This document shows, in pieces, positions 37,325-47,157 of a stretch of DNA of 64,000 nt. A program made the translations under genes and the position numbers. The stretch lies in NCBI GenBank assembly GCA_031414595.1, contig JANNVX010000041.1, positions 32,001 to 96,000 on the forward strand. Reading direction: 5' to 3'. The stretch comes from Deinococcales bacterium (GTDB lineage: Bacteria > Deinococcota > Deinococci > Deinococcales > JAAFIG01). How positions within the stretch are numbered: the first letter of the stretch is position 1; the number at the start of each line of letters is the position of its first letter. The notes under the pieces are model-generated. The model was not told where the DNA came from. It made no database searches and saw only the letters and a program-made list of their open reading frames with translations.

Positions 37325-39099
37325 ATTGGCGCAAAACCACGCAAGCACTCGCGCCAGTGCAGCACCAAGCCACACCGCAGGGGCAGTACGATATGTACCC
37401 AGCTTTTGCAGTTGGGGCTGGAAAAATCGAGCTTGGCTTTGAAGCGCTTGCCGACCAGATTTTAGAGCAATCGATTGTGACCATCGATGGCTACGGTGGG
37501 GTTTTCTGGCAGGATTTTCGGGGGCAATTAAACACTGTACTCGAGGCTCGAGGCATCAAAGCAAATTGGATTAACGTCGAGACTGCTTTGTTCGACAGCG
37601 AGCGACTAGAAATTTTGGTACAGCCATTTTTAGGTGGTAGCGACCCGATTTTTGGTAAGCGTTTTACTGGGCAACTCGAGGATTTTTTTGACATGACCAA
37701 GCTGTCTGCCTTGCGCCCAGACCCAAGCGCTGGGTTTAATCTGATTTATGGCTGTGGCGCGGCACTCGCGGCTTGGACTGGGCTGTTGGTGTATTTAGAT
37801 GTCCCAAAAAATGAGCTTCAATTTCGCGCTCGAGCAGGACGGGTTTTTAATCTTGGCTCGAGTCTGACCGAGGATGCCAAAAGCATCTATAAGCGAATGT
37901 ATTTTGTTGATTGGATTGTGCTTAATCAGCACAAAGAAAAATTACTTTCCAACCTTGATTTAATCGTTGATGTCCAACGCCCAGACCAACCTGTGTTGAT
38001 GCAAGGCTCAGATTTTCGGGCGGCGCTCGAGACCATGACCCACAATTTTTTTCGTGTCCGCCCATGGTTTGAACCAGGTCCTTGGGGTGGGCAATGGATT
38101 AAGCAACAAGTACCAGACCTACCACAAGATGCTCCTAATTATGCTTGGAGCTTTGAACTGATTACCCCAGAAAATGGCTTGATGCTCGAGTCGAATGGCT
38201 TATTGCTCGAGGTCTCTTTTGATTTTTTGATGTTTTTTAATTACCAAGCAGTGCTAGGGCAGGCAGCAGCCCGTTTTGGTTTTGAATTCCCAATTCGCTT
38301 TGACTGGTTAGATACGGTTCAGGGCGGCAATTTATCGCTGCAAGTTCATCCTAGCCCAAGCTATGCCAAGCAGCATTTTGGCGAAACCTTCACCCAAGAC
38401 GAAACCTACTATATGCTCGAGGCAAACAATAACGCGACTGTCTACTTGGGTTTCCAAGCCGACCTTGACCCACTCGAGTTTAGAGCCGCTCTCGAGCAGA
38501 GCCAAATGCAAAATACACCGCTTGAAGTCGAAAAATTTGTACAACGCCACAGCGCCAAAAAGCACGATTTATTTTTAATTCCACACGGCACAATTCATTG
38601 TTCTGGGGAGGGCAGCGTGGTACTTGAAATCAGTGCCACACCTTATATTTTTACTTTTAAGATGTATGACTGGTTGCGCCTAGACTTAGACGGAAAACCA
38701 AGACCGTTAAATATCGCTCGAGCTTTTGAAAACCTTGACTTTACACGGCGCGGACAAGCTGTGCCGCAAACGCTAATTTCCAAACCAGTGGTGGCTAAAG
38801 AGGGTCTGGATTGGCGAATTATCCATCTTCCGACCCACCCAGACCATTTCTACGACATTGAACGGCTCGAGTTTACCAGCAGCCTCGAGGTATTGACCGA
38901 AAACTCTTGTCATGTGCTGTGTTTGGTCGAAGGCTCGTCGGTGCGGCTCGAGACCGCAAATGGACTGCACCAAGATTTTAATTATGCCGAAACATTTGTG
39001 ATTCCAGCCGCCGCCACGTCTTATCGATTAACCAATCTAGGCGCTGGCGAAGCCAAAGTGATTCGGGCTTTTGTGCGTCCGCTCGAGTCAGCGATATGA
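37321..39099 (+). CDS. Class I mannose-6-phosphate isomerase-like protein with a large N-terminal domain
   Basis: PGPWGGQW, WSFELI, LSLQVHP, QDETYY, GTIH, LEISATP. Confidence 0.8.
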   Translation: MNWRKTTQALAPVQHQATPQGQYDMYPAFAVGAGKIELGFEALADQILEQSIVTIDGYGGVFWQDFRGQLNTVLEARGIKANWINVETALFDSERLEILVQPFLGGSDPIFGKRFTGQLEDFFDMTKLSALRPDPSAGFNLIYGCGAALAAWTGLLVYLDVPKNELQFRARAGRVFNLGSSLTEDAKSIYKRMYFVDWIVLNQHKEKLLSNLDLIVDVQRPDQPVLMQGSDFRAALETMTHNFFRVRPWFEPGPWGGQWIKQQVPDLPQDAPNYAWSFELITPENGLMLESNGLLLEVSFDFLMFFNYQAVLGQAAARFGFEFPIRFDWLDTVQGGNLSLQVHPSPSYAKQHFGETFTQDETYYMLEANNNATVYLGFQADLDPLEFRAALEQSQMQNTPLEVEKFVQRHSAKKHDLFLIPHGTIHCSGEGSVVLEISATPYIFTFKMYDWLRLDLDGKPRPLNIARAFENLDFTRRGQAVPQTLISKPVVAKEGLDWRIIHLPTHPDHFYDIERLEFTSSLEVLTENSCHVLCLVEGSSVRLETANGLHQDFNYAETFVIPAAATSYRLTNLGAGEAKVIRAFVRPLESAI

Positions 39100-39121
39100 A
39101 CCAGACCTTGCATGGGGGCGC

Positions 39122-40042
39122 ATGAAGCAATTCGTGCTTGGTATTGATGGTGGCGGAACAAAAACCCTTGCCACGATTTGTGATTCAGACGGCTTGGTAC
39201 TTGGCGCTGGGCAAGCTGGGGCTGCTAACATTGACGATGTAGGAATTCAGACCGCTACGCTAAACATTGCCCAAGCTGTTGCCGAGGCTCGAGCCGCCGC
39301 CCAACTCGAGATTGTACCATTTGCATCGGCTTTTTTAGGCTTGGCAGGTATTGTTTCGCCCAAAGACCGCGAGTTGGTTTATGGCATTGCCAAGAGCCTT
39401 GATTTGGCACCGATTGTCGAAACTGACCACGATTGCCGCATTGCCTTGGCAGGCGGGTTGTCTGGGCGCGAAGGCATTGTCTTGATTGTTGGCACTGGCT
39501 CGAGTTGCTATGGTCGCAATGCGGCTGGGCAGACATGGCGGGCGGGTGGCTGGGGGTGGCTGATTTCCGACGAGGGCAGTGGCTACGATATTGGTAAGCA
39601 AAGCCTGATGGCGGTGGTGCGTGCCATCGACGGGCGCGGTGCAAAAACTGGGCTAACCGACCTGATGCTTGGCTTATTGGGTATTACGCACCCAGACCAA
39701 ATGCTGCACCGCTTGTATCTGACTGGTTTAACCCGAGCCGAAATTGCGGCGCTTGCTCCGCCTGTCCTCGAGCTTGCCAGACAAGGCGATATGGTCGCCC
39801 TCGAGTTACTACATCGTGGCTGGCAGCAACTGTCTGAATGTGTGGTGGCGGTCGCCAAAAAACTCGAACTCGAGCAAGCCGAAGTTGTACTGGTCGGTGG
39901 AATCTCGGACAGTTGGGCAAAACCTTTTATTCAAAGCGCGATTCTACAAGCCTTACCAAACTGCACAATCACCGAACCAGAGTTGTCGCCCGTTCTTGGC
40001 GCGTGTCTGTTGGCACGGCGCTTACTCATGAGGTCAGCATGA
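39122..40042 (+). CDS. BadF/BadG/BcrA/BcrD-type sugar kinase (GlcNAc kinase-like)
   Basis: GIDGGGTKT, IVGTGS, GGWGWLISDEGSG. Confidence 0.88.
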   Translation: MKQFVLGIDGGGTKTLATICDSDGLVLGAGQAGAANIDDVGIQTATLNIAQAVAEARAAAQLEIVPFASAFLGLAGIVSPKDRELVYGIAKSLDLAPIVETDHDCRIALAGGLSGREGIVLIVGTGSSCYGRNAAGQTWRAGGWGWLISDEGSGYDIGKQSLMAVVRAIDGRGAKTGLTDLMLGLLGITHPDQMLHRLYLTGLTRAEIAALAPPVLELARQGDMVALELLHRGWQQLSECVVAVAKKLELEQAEVVLVGGISDSWAKPFIQSAILQALPNCTITEPELSPVLGACLLARRLLMRSA

Positions 40043-42288
40043 TTATTCAACATCCAGAGTACCAACACGCCCTTGAGTTTAACGAAGAGACAGGTTTACC
40101 AAGCGCAATTTTTTTGCGCCAACAACCTTTGGCTCGAGTCCGACTCGAGAATTTAGAATTTTCTTTGTTATTGGATGGCACAGAAGTTCGTTCTGCAACT
40201 GGTGGCATTGATTACGAAGCGGCAATCACGCTGGCTGGTACGACCGCAAACGGTGCGCCTATCTGGTCTTCGAGTGCTGAGGGAGACGCTTGTTCCGTGC
40301 CAATTCGCCTTGGCGAGGTGGCTGCATATTTTGAGTGTCTCTTTCGGCGGCATGGTCCAGCCCTGACGATGCGCTTGGTTGTGGTTGGCGATGCGAATTC
40401 AACCCGATTGATTCGCAACATCAGCCTAGTAGCCGATTTTATCTTTGAACCAGACAACTGGATACTGAACGCGCCCGGAAATGGCATGGCTCGAGATACG
40501 GCTTTTGGGACGGTCGGGGCTTGGACTGGAATCTCAGCGATAGGTGGTTTGCGCGGCTCGAGTGCAGTGCTGCACATGGCTGGACAAGATTCTAGGGCGG
40601 CGTTGTGGTTGCGCCATGAACTCGAGGTGACCGATATTCGCGTCAAATCCGACATACCAAACACAATTTCACTCGAGCTTGCGACCAATTTTGCCGCCGA
40701 TTTAAGGCTGGTTTCTCATGCCAAAATTGACTTATTTGATTTTGATTGGCGTGTTCCAGATTTTGCGGATTTCCCACAGACTTTTGCGACTTGGTTACGC
40801 TTAGGTGGGCATACCACACCAGATAATCCGCCAGCTTGGATTGCAAGTGCCAGTATTTTTGAAGCCCAGATTGGTTTCTCGGTTTTTTATCTTAATCATC
40901 GTTACGCCCCCTACCCAGAAGTGAGCGATTTAACCGCCGACCTCGGGCGAATCGCTGCCCTTGGTTTTAGCGTCATTCAACTGATGCCGCGCCAGCCCTA
41001 CCCAAGTTATAACGTCCACGATTATTGGGATATTGCCACTTCTTTTGGCAATGTACAAGAAATCAAAGGGCTGGTTCTAAAAGCCCACCGACTTGGGCTG
41101 CGAATTATTTTGGATGTTCTGCTGCACGGGGTACTTGACCAAGAATCAATTGCGGCGGCTGCCGATGGCGTGCGGGCTGGACCATATGCCCAATTGGTCT
41201 CTAGCCAAACTGCCGACAGTTTTAGTGCCGATGTTGGCGAGTGGAGCGATTACTTGGTGGCATGGTCGCGGCACATTATTGACTTTGAACCATTTTGGAA
41301 ATCCGGTAGCCCCGCCGTTTCGCCTTTAATTGAACAGCACCCAGACTGGTTTTTTAAGGATTCTAACGGCAAAGTGGCGGGAATTTACACCAAAGCCTTT
41401 GATGCCCGAAACCCAGAATGGCAAGATTATTTTATAAGTGCAATGAAGTTTTTATTGTTTGAACTACAGATAGACGGCTTTCGTTTTGATGCGCCAACCT
41501 ACAACGATTTTCCCAATTGGGCGCAGTGGTCGCGCCACCGTGCCAGTTTATCGAGTTTGGCGTGTGTGCCGTTGTTTGAGCGTCTACGCCCCGAATTAAA
41601 AGCCATCCAGACCGATGCTTTAATGTACACCGAGCCATCGGGAATTTTACTGCGCCGTTCAATGGACTTAAATTATAATTATGATGAACAGTGGCTGGTC
41701 ACGGCAATCTCCGAGCCAAGTAAAACCAAGCCTTGGAGTGTCTCGAGCGCCCGAGGTTTAGCCCGTTGGGTACAAGACCGCGATGCGTTTTTGCCAAAAG
41801 GCGCAATCACGGCGCACCATATCGATTCACACGATACCTTTTGGTGGCCCAGTTGGGGGCAAAAATGGCGACGCGAACAATTTAGCGTGGCTCACACACA
41901 ATTACTGACCTTGATTTTTATGTCTTTGCCAGGTCCGTACATGATGTTTATTGGTGGCGAAATTGGTATCGAAACTGTCTTACAAAACTTTAATGCCCTA
42001 AAAGCCGCAACTCGAGACTGGGCAAGCATGAACATTCAATGGCTGACCGATGAATTAATTCCAGAAAATGTGTTCGGCATGATTCGCAGTAACGCCATGC
42101 TCGAGATGATAACCTTGGTCAATCTTTCTGATACGCCCGAAATGGTTGTACTGCCCTCAAACAAGACTGTACCAACCATCCGATTGACAGTCGGTACAGA
42201 CCTAACTCTGCTACACATCACCGCCGCAAGCCTCGAGTTACCCGCCAAATCTGGGGTTGTTCTAAAGCGCCATCTGCATCTCGTATAG
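40039..42288 (+). CDS. GH13 alpha-amylase-family glycoside hydrolase with a long N-terminal domain
   Basis: IQLMP, ILDVLLH, DGFRFDA, YTEP, SHDT; ATGA-coupled start at 40039. Confidence 0.8.
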   Translation: MIIQHPEYQHALEFNEETGLPSAIFLRQQPLARVRLENLEFSLLLDGTEVRSATGGIDYEAAITLAGTTANGAPIWSSSAEGDACSVPIRLGEVAAYFECLFRRHGPALTMRLVVVGDANSTRLIRNISLVADFIFEPDNWILNAPGNGMARDTAFGTVGAWTGISAIGGLRGSSAVLHMAGQDSRAALWLRHELEVTDIRVKSDIPNTISLELATNFAADLRLVSHAKIDLFDFDWRVPDFADFPQTFATWLRLGGHTTPDNPPAWIASASIFEAQIGFSVFYLNHRYAPYPEVSDLTADLGRIAALGFSVIQLMPRQPYPSYNVHDYWDIATSFGNVQEIKGLVLKAHRLGLRIILDVLLHGVLDQESIAAAADGVRAGPYAQLVSSQTADSFSADVGEWSDYLVAWSRHIIDFEPFWKSGSPAVSPLIEQHPDWFFKDSNGKVAGIYTKAFDARNPEWQDYFISAMKFLLFELQIDGFRFDAPTYNDFPNWAQWSRHRASLSSLACVPLFERLRPELKAIQTDALMYTEPSGILLRRSMDLNYNYDEQWLVTAISEPSKTKPWSVSSARGLARWVQDRDAFLPKGAITAHHIDSHDTFWWPSWGQKWRREQFSVAHTQLLTLIFMSLPGPYMMFIGGEIGIETVLQNFNALKAATRDWASMNIQWLTDELIPENVFGMIRSNAMLEMITLVNLSDTPEMVVLPSNKTVPTIRLTVGTDLTLLHITAASLELPAKSGVVLKRHLHLV

Positions 42289-42492
42289 CTTGAGTTTGAG
42301 CAGAACCCTGACAGTAGTCCGATAAACGATTGCGTATACCAAATTGCAGAGGTCAAGTCACGTGTTAAACTCGACATGAAAATCAAGTGGATGTGCTACT
42401 CACCGACCTCGAGTTGTTGACCCAGAAGAAATGCAGACTGTGAGGCTTGTTGCCAAAAAAATTCAGTCTCGAGGGGCAATTCCAGCCCGAAA

Positions 42493-42777
42493 CTAAACAA
42501 CTGGCAATAAGGCTCGAGCCTCGACAATTGGCATCCAGTTTTCACCCATTTTGGCATCTATCGCCTCGAGTTCGGCTTGGGGAATAGATTTCCAACTGTT
42601 TAGGCTTTCCCAGCGAATCATGGTGACGACATGACCCGTTTCTTGGTCAATCCAAACTTCTTTGCCAATAAACCCGGGGTAGGTACTCAGGGCGGCTGTC
42701 CAGATGGCGGCATCGGCTTTTAGGAAGGCAGCTCGTTTTTCAAGGCTTACCTCAAAACGTAAGAATTCGATAACCAT
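42493..42777 (-). CDS. TIGR03792-like ABM-fold small protein
   Basis: MVIEFLRF...D..IWT..L..YPGF.GKEVW...IRWES...WKSIP; TACAAT 6 nt before ATG. Confidence 0.75.
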   Translation of the reverse strand: MVIEFLRFEVSLEKRAAFLKADAAIWTAALSTYPGFIGKEVWIDQETGHVVTMIRWESLNSWKSIPQAELEAIDAKMGENWMPIVEARALLPVV

Positions 42778-42824
42778 AGTTATATTGTACAATGCACAAT
42801 ATAGGCGAAATAGTAACTCGGGTA

Positions 42825-42853
42825 ACATATGTCAAAAGAATTTTGACATATGT
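42825..42853. promoter_or_regulatory. Perfect inverted repeat (13-3-13), operator-like
   Basis: ACATATGTCAAAA-gaa-TTTTGACATATGT in a divergent intergenic region. Confidence 0.55.
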
Positions 42854-42938
42854 CTGGTTTTGTATGAACAATTTTCGGAAATAATCTGATTTTTGCTGCT
42901 GTTGTACCTTAAAACATTTACACTTGCAAGTTTTTTAC

Positions 42939-42968
42939 TTGACAGTTTACAAATCAAAACGTTATATT
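42939..42968 (+). promoter_or_regulatory. Sigma70-type promoter for the NitT/TauT operon
   Basis: TTGACA-N18-TATATT. Confidence 0.5.
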
Positions 42969-43006
42969 TTGTTAAATTTTTATTATTCTTTAACCCAAAG
43001 GAATTC

Positions 43007-43786
43007 ATGACCGCAATTATCAATCCCACAAAAACACTGGTGCGGGTGCATGGCGTAGATAAACAATATGCCAATGGCACAATTGCGATAGAAGGCGTGA
43101 GTCTCGAGGTCAAAGAGAACGAGTTTGTCAGTCTGGTCGGACCTTCGGGCTGCGGCAAAAGTACACTGCTGCGAATTATTGCCGGTCTGGGCGATGCCAC
43201 GGCTGGTGAAGTCAGCGTTGATGGTCGGCAACCGGGCGACCTACAAGCTCGAGGGCAATCGAGTTTTGTTTTCCAAGAAGCCACGCTTTTACCGTGGCGC
43301 ACAGTACGCCAGAATGTCGAACTGCCACTCGAGTTAATGCGGATGCCAAAAGCCAGTTGGAATTCTGTGGTTTCTGATGCCCTCGAGATGGTGGGTCTGA
43401 GCGGTTTTATCAATGCCTTCCCAAGGGAACTGAGTGGTGGCATGAAAATGCGGGTTTCAATTGCCAGGGCTTTGGTCACCAAACCGCGTTTGCTCTTAAT
43501 GGACGAACCTTTTGGGGCGCTTGATGAAATCACCCGTCAGAAACTCAACGACGACCTGATGAAGGTCCGCGAATTGACCAAAGCCACGATTATTTTTGTG
43601 ACCCACAATGTTTTTGAAGCGGTCTTCTTATCCAGCCGAATTGTTGTGATGAGTGTTCGTCCGGGCAGAATTTTGGATGAATTTAAGCTCGACACGCCTT
43701 ACCCAAGAATGTCCGAGCATCGTGGTACAGCAGAATTTGCCCAAGGCGTAAACTCGGTCATGAAGCTCTTAGCCCACACCCATTAA
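43007..43786 (+). CDS. NitT/TauT ABC ATP-binding protein
   Basis: GPSGCGKST, LSGGMKMR, LMDEPFGALD. Confidence 0.93.
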   Translation: MTAIINPTKTLVRVHGVDKQYANGTIAIEGVSLEVKENEFVSLVGPSGCGKSTLLRIIAGLGDATAGEVSVDGRQPGDLQARGQSSFVFQEATLLPWRTVRQNVELPLELMRMPKASWNSVVSDALEMVGLSGFINAFPRELSGGMKMRVSIARALVTKPRLLLMDEPFGALDEITRQKLNDDLMKVRELTKATIIFVTHNVFEAVFLSSRIVVMSVRPGRILDEFKLDTPYPRMSEHRGTAEFAQGVNSVMKLLAHTH

Positions 43787-43806
43787 TTCCCCTTGAGGTG
43801 AATCCC

Positions 43807-44640
43807 ATGACCGAAGCCAAACCGATTGCTCGAGTTCAAAAAACCAAAACGCAAATTCCAGCTTGGCTCGAGCGGATATTCCCGCCAATGGTTACTTTTG
43901 TAATTTTTATTACCATTTGGCAAAGTATTATTACGATTGCCAACCTTAAGCCTTATATTCTGCCCAGTCCACTTCGTGTGGTTGGTGCTTTTATCGAACA
44001 CCGCGAGAGCTTACTGACTTCGGCTTGGTTTACTTTTCAGGCTTCGTTTGTGGCATTTTTAGTGGTGATGGTGCTTGGTACTGCCCTGTCTTTTTTACTC
44101 TCGAGCAGCAAATTTATCGAAAAAGCCTTATACCCCTATGCGGTCATGCTACAAAGCACCCCAGTCATTGCCATCGCCCCAATCATTATTATTTGGTTTG
44201 ATATTGGTTTTGCCAGTATTGTTACCATCAGTGTGATTATTGCTATTTTTGCAGTGGTGGCAAATACCACCCAAGGTTTAATCAGTGTCGAAAATAATTT
44301 GCAGAATCTCTTTAAGCTCTACGGCGCTTCTAAGCCACAAACCCTGTTCAAGTTGCGCCTGCCATTTGCGCTGCCCTACATGGTCACGGGCTGGCGAATT
44401 GCAGCCGCCCAAGTCGTGATTGGCACAATCGTTGGTGAGTATATGGCAGGGGCTGGCGGCGGCATGGGCGGGCTGGGGATTATCATTGCCGAAACCAGCG
44501 CTCGACTGCAAACCGGTTACTTATTTGCTTCGGCACTGAGTGCTGCCTTACTTGGTATTGCTTTTTTTTTAATGGTCAATTTCTTTGGGCATCTGCTCTT
44601 AAAAAACTGGCATGAATCGGCAGTGCAGCACGAAAACTAG
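43807..44640 (+). CDS. NitT/TauT ABC permease
   Basis: ILPSP, QSTPVIAIAP, KLRLPFALP. Confidence 0.9.
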   Translation: MTEAKPIARVQKTKTQIPAWLERIFPPMVTFVIFITIWQSIITIANLKPYILPSPLRVVGAFIEHRESLLTSAWFTFQASFVAFLVVMVLGTALSFLLSSSKFIEKALYPYAVMLQSTPVIAIAPIIIIWFDIGFASIVTISVIIAIFAVVANTTQGLISVENNLQNLFKLYGASKPQTLFKLRLPFALPYMVTGWRIAAAQVVIGTIVGEYMAGAGGGMGGLGIIIAETSARLQTGYLFASALSAALLGIAFFLMVNFFGHLLLKNWHESAVQHEN

Positions 44641-44641
44641 G

Positions 44642-44716
44642 GTGAAAAGGTAAAAAGTAGAAAAGGTAAAAATAACCCTTTAACTTTTAACCCTTTAACC
44701 CTTTCCCCTTTTAACC
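44642..44716. repeat. Inverted arrays of about 8-nt repeats (GGTAAAAA-like / CCCTTTAA-like)
   Basis: Purine-rich array followed by its approximate reverse complement. Confidence 0.6.
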
Positions 44717-44748
44717 TGACGTTTTGCCCCCTTGGGCTGGAGGAAATA

Positions 44749-45720
44749 ATGAAGAAATTAGGTTTGGTTCTGCTTGGCGCTGGTTTAACGGTTGGTGTGG
44801 CTTCTTTGGTTTCGGCACAAAAAATGCCAGAAGTCAGCATCATTCTTAATTGGTTCGCTGAACCGCCGCATGGTGGCTACTATGCAGCCGTTCAAGACGG
44901 CTTGTACGAAGCCAAAGGCGTAAAAGTCAAACTGATTCCTGGCGGTCCTAATGTGGCTGGCTATCAGTTGGTGGCAACCGGTAAAGCGGCTTTTGCCCAA
45001 ATGGACACGGGTGGTATTTTGCAGTCTCGAGAAGAGGGGCTACCAGTGGTTGGTGTCTTTGCCGATTTACAACTCTCGCCACAAGTTTTAATGTACCACA
45101 AGGACAACCCAGTTAAAGGCTTTGCTGATTTGGCTGGTCGCCAAGTTGCTGTTACCCCGGGCGCTCCGTACTGGGATTACATTGTTGCTAAATATAAATT
45201 GCAGGGTAAAGTCCAACAAGTCAATTACTCTGGGCAAGTTGCGACTTTCTTAAACAACAAAAAACTGGTCTCTCAAGGCTACGCAGTTGCCGAGCCGTAT
45301 ACCATCAAAGAGGCTGGTGGTGATATTGATTACTTACTGGTTTCTGATTCTGGCTTTAGCCCATATGGGGTTTTAGGCACAACCGAAGAGTACATCCAAA
45401 AAAATCGTAAAGTCGTAGAAGCAGTGGTGTCTGCCAGCCAAGAAGGATGGAATCGGTACATTGCCAACCCAGCCAAGTACGGCGCAGCCTTAACCGCCGA
45501 TAACCGCGACTTAAACCCCGCTTTCCTCGAGTGGAGCGGCAAAGCCGTGATTCCATTTGCCACAGGCAAAGATGGGCAAGTCAAGAAATTCGGTTTTGGT
45601 ACAATGCAGCTTAGCCGTTGGACCGAAGTCTACAAAGCCCTGAAAGCCGTTGGCATCCTGAAAAAAGACCAAGATGTCAAAAAAGCCTTCAGCACCGTGT
45701 TTCTTCAAAAGCCAAAATAA
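44749..45720 (+). CDS. NMT1/THI5-like ABC substrate-binding protein
   Basis: Signal peptide, LNWFAEPPHGGYYAA..GLY, PGGPNV. Confidence 0.85.
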   Translation: MKKLGLVLLGAGLTVGVASLVSAQKMPEVSIILNWFAEPPHGGYYAAVQDGLYEAKGVKVKLIPGGPNVAGYQLVATGKAAFAQMDTGGILQSREEGLPVVGVFADLQLSPQVLMYHKDNPVKGFADLAGRQVAVTPGAPYWDYIVAKYKLQGKVQQVNYSGQVATFLNNKKLVSQGYAVAEPYTIKEAGGDIDYLLVSDSGFSPYGVLGTTEEYIQKNRKVVEAVVSASQEGWNRYIANPAKYGAALTADNRDLNPAFLEWSGKAVIPFATGKDGQVKKFGFGTMQLSRWTEVYKALKAVGILKKDQDVKKAFSTVFLQKPK

Positions 45721-45795
45721 GAACGCTTGACCTCGAAAAAACAGGGGCGAAAACCATTTCGTCCTTGTTATACTTAAAACTAGCGAGGACACAAC

Positions 45796-46260
45796 ATGGA
45801 TTTGAATTTAATCACCTTAAAGCAGGGCATTATTTTAACTTGGGCAACATGGTTATCGTTGGTGTTGTTGCTGAATTTTTTAGATGTGGCTAAGAATCTT
45901 AAAATCTTGCCCGAAACATGGAAATTTAGCAGTGGCAATTATCCGTTTATGCAGGCTGTTACCAAGGTTTTTAACACCCCCAATTGGTTGACTTGGATGA
46001 TGTATATTTCGGCGATTATCTGGGAAATCGTGGCGGTTTATTTGCTCTGGGCGGCGCTTGGCAGCTTTGACCCGAATAATTTACGGCTGGTCAATCTGGC
46101 ATTTATGGTCAATCTGGCGCTCTGGGCAGCTTTTATGGTCATGGATGAACTTTTTCTGGCTTGGTTGATACCCGGATTTAATATCATGGAAACGCACCGC
46201 AGTTTATTCACCGCTAATTTGGTTAGTTTAATGGCAATTCATCTGTTGCCAAATACCTAA
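45796..46260 (+). CDS. Hypothetical 4-TM membrane protein
   Basis: GAGG SD, four hydrophobic segments. Confidence 0.7.
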   Translation: MDLNLITLKQGIILTWATWLSLVLLLNFLDVAKNLKILPETWKFSSGNYPFMQAVTKVFNTPNWLTWMMYISAIIWEIVAVYLLWAALGSFDPNNLRLVNLAFMVNLALWAAFMVMDELFLAWLIPGFNIMETHRSLFTANLVSLMAIHLLPNT

Positions 46261-46338
46261 ACTCGAGATTGTGAAATTCGGCTGGCTTTGCAAAAACCAT
46301 AACAGGTAATTGGGAAATCAAAAAATATCGTCATATAT

Positions 46339-46362
46339 GGGTGAGGCATACCTCGCCCCTAC
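46339..46362. repeat. REP-like palindrome variant
   Basis: GGGTGAGG-cata-CCTCGCCC-CTAC. Confidence 0.55.
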
Positions 46363-46383
46363 GGTTAAAAAAGGGGATGTTGA

Positions 46384-47157
46384 ATGGACTCGAGGTACTT
46401 ACCCAATTTAAGTTGGACAACCATTCGTGACTTGGATAAATCCGAAGGGGTGGTGGTGCTACCGATTGGGGCTATCGAGCAGCACGGGGCGCATTTACCG
46501 ACAGCGACCGATGCGCTGCTTGCCGAACGCATGACGATACTGGCACTGGGGAAATTACCAATGGATGCCAAAGTTTGGCGGCTTCCCGTGCAGAGTTATG
46601 GCAAATCCAACGAACATCTGGGCTTTGCTGGCACAATTTCGTTGCGGGCAGAAACCCTGATGATGGTACTGCACGATATTGCCTCGAGCGTGGCAGCATC
46701 TGGTTTTAAGCGTTTGTGTTTTGTCAATGCCCATGGTGGCAACAGTGCGCTTTTAGCGATGATGGCGCGAGAAATCCGTGTGGCAACAGGGCTGATGGTG
46801 TTTAATACCTTCACCAATGCGGGTGCGCCCGACCCGATAGAAATTCCTGCCATAGAAGCCAAATACGGGATTCATGCCAACGACTGGGAAACCAGTTTGC
46901 TGCTGCATCTCGAGCCAGATTTGGTGGACATGACCAAAGCCGTACAGCACTACCCTGATATTCCCGATGGTTCAGTTGGCTTAACAGGTGGTGCAGCAAC
47001 TGCTTCGTGGCTAACCCGCGATTGGAGTGCTGGTGGTGTGTTTGGCGACCCAACCTTGGCAACTCCTGAACGCGGCGCAGCACGGTGCGAGGCAGCCACC
47101 ACTGCTCTTGCTAAGGTTCTGCTCGAGATGAGTTTATTTGGAGTGCCTCATGGATGA
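46384..47157 (+). CDS. Creatininase family amidohydrolase
   Basis: GAIEQHGAHLP..TD, SNEHLGFAGT, NAHGGN, HANDWETS. Confidence 0.92.
   Translation: MDSRYLPNLSWTTIRDLDKSEGVVVLPIGAIEQHGAHLPTATDALLAERMTILALGKLPMDAKVWRLPVQSYGKSNEHLGFAGTISLRAETLMMVLHDIASSVAASGFKRLCFVNAHGGNSALLAMMAREIRVATGLMVFNTFTNAGAPDPIEIPAIEAKYGIHANDWETSLLLHLEPDLVDMTKAVQHYPDIPDGSVGLTGGAATASWLTRDWSAGGVFGDPTLATPERGAARCEAATTALAKVLLEMSLFGVPHG

Noticed and set aside
39838-40038. N-terminal extension of the GH13 ORF (and similar extensions at 4572, 14024, 14075, 20051, 42893, 54527, 57109)
   Set aside because: They overlap neighbouring genes or promoters; internal starts have SD, coupling or -10 support.
42832-43533. 233-aa minus-strand ORF
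   Set aside because: Antisense shadow of the ABC ATPase gene.
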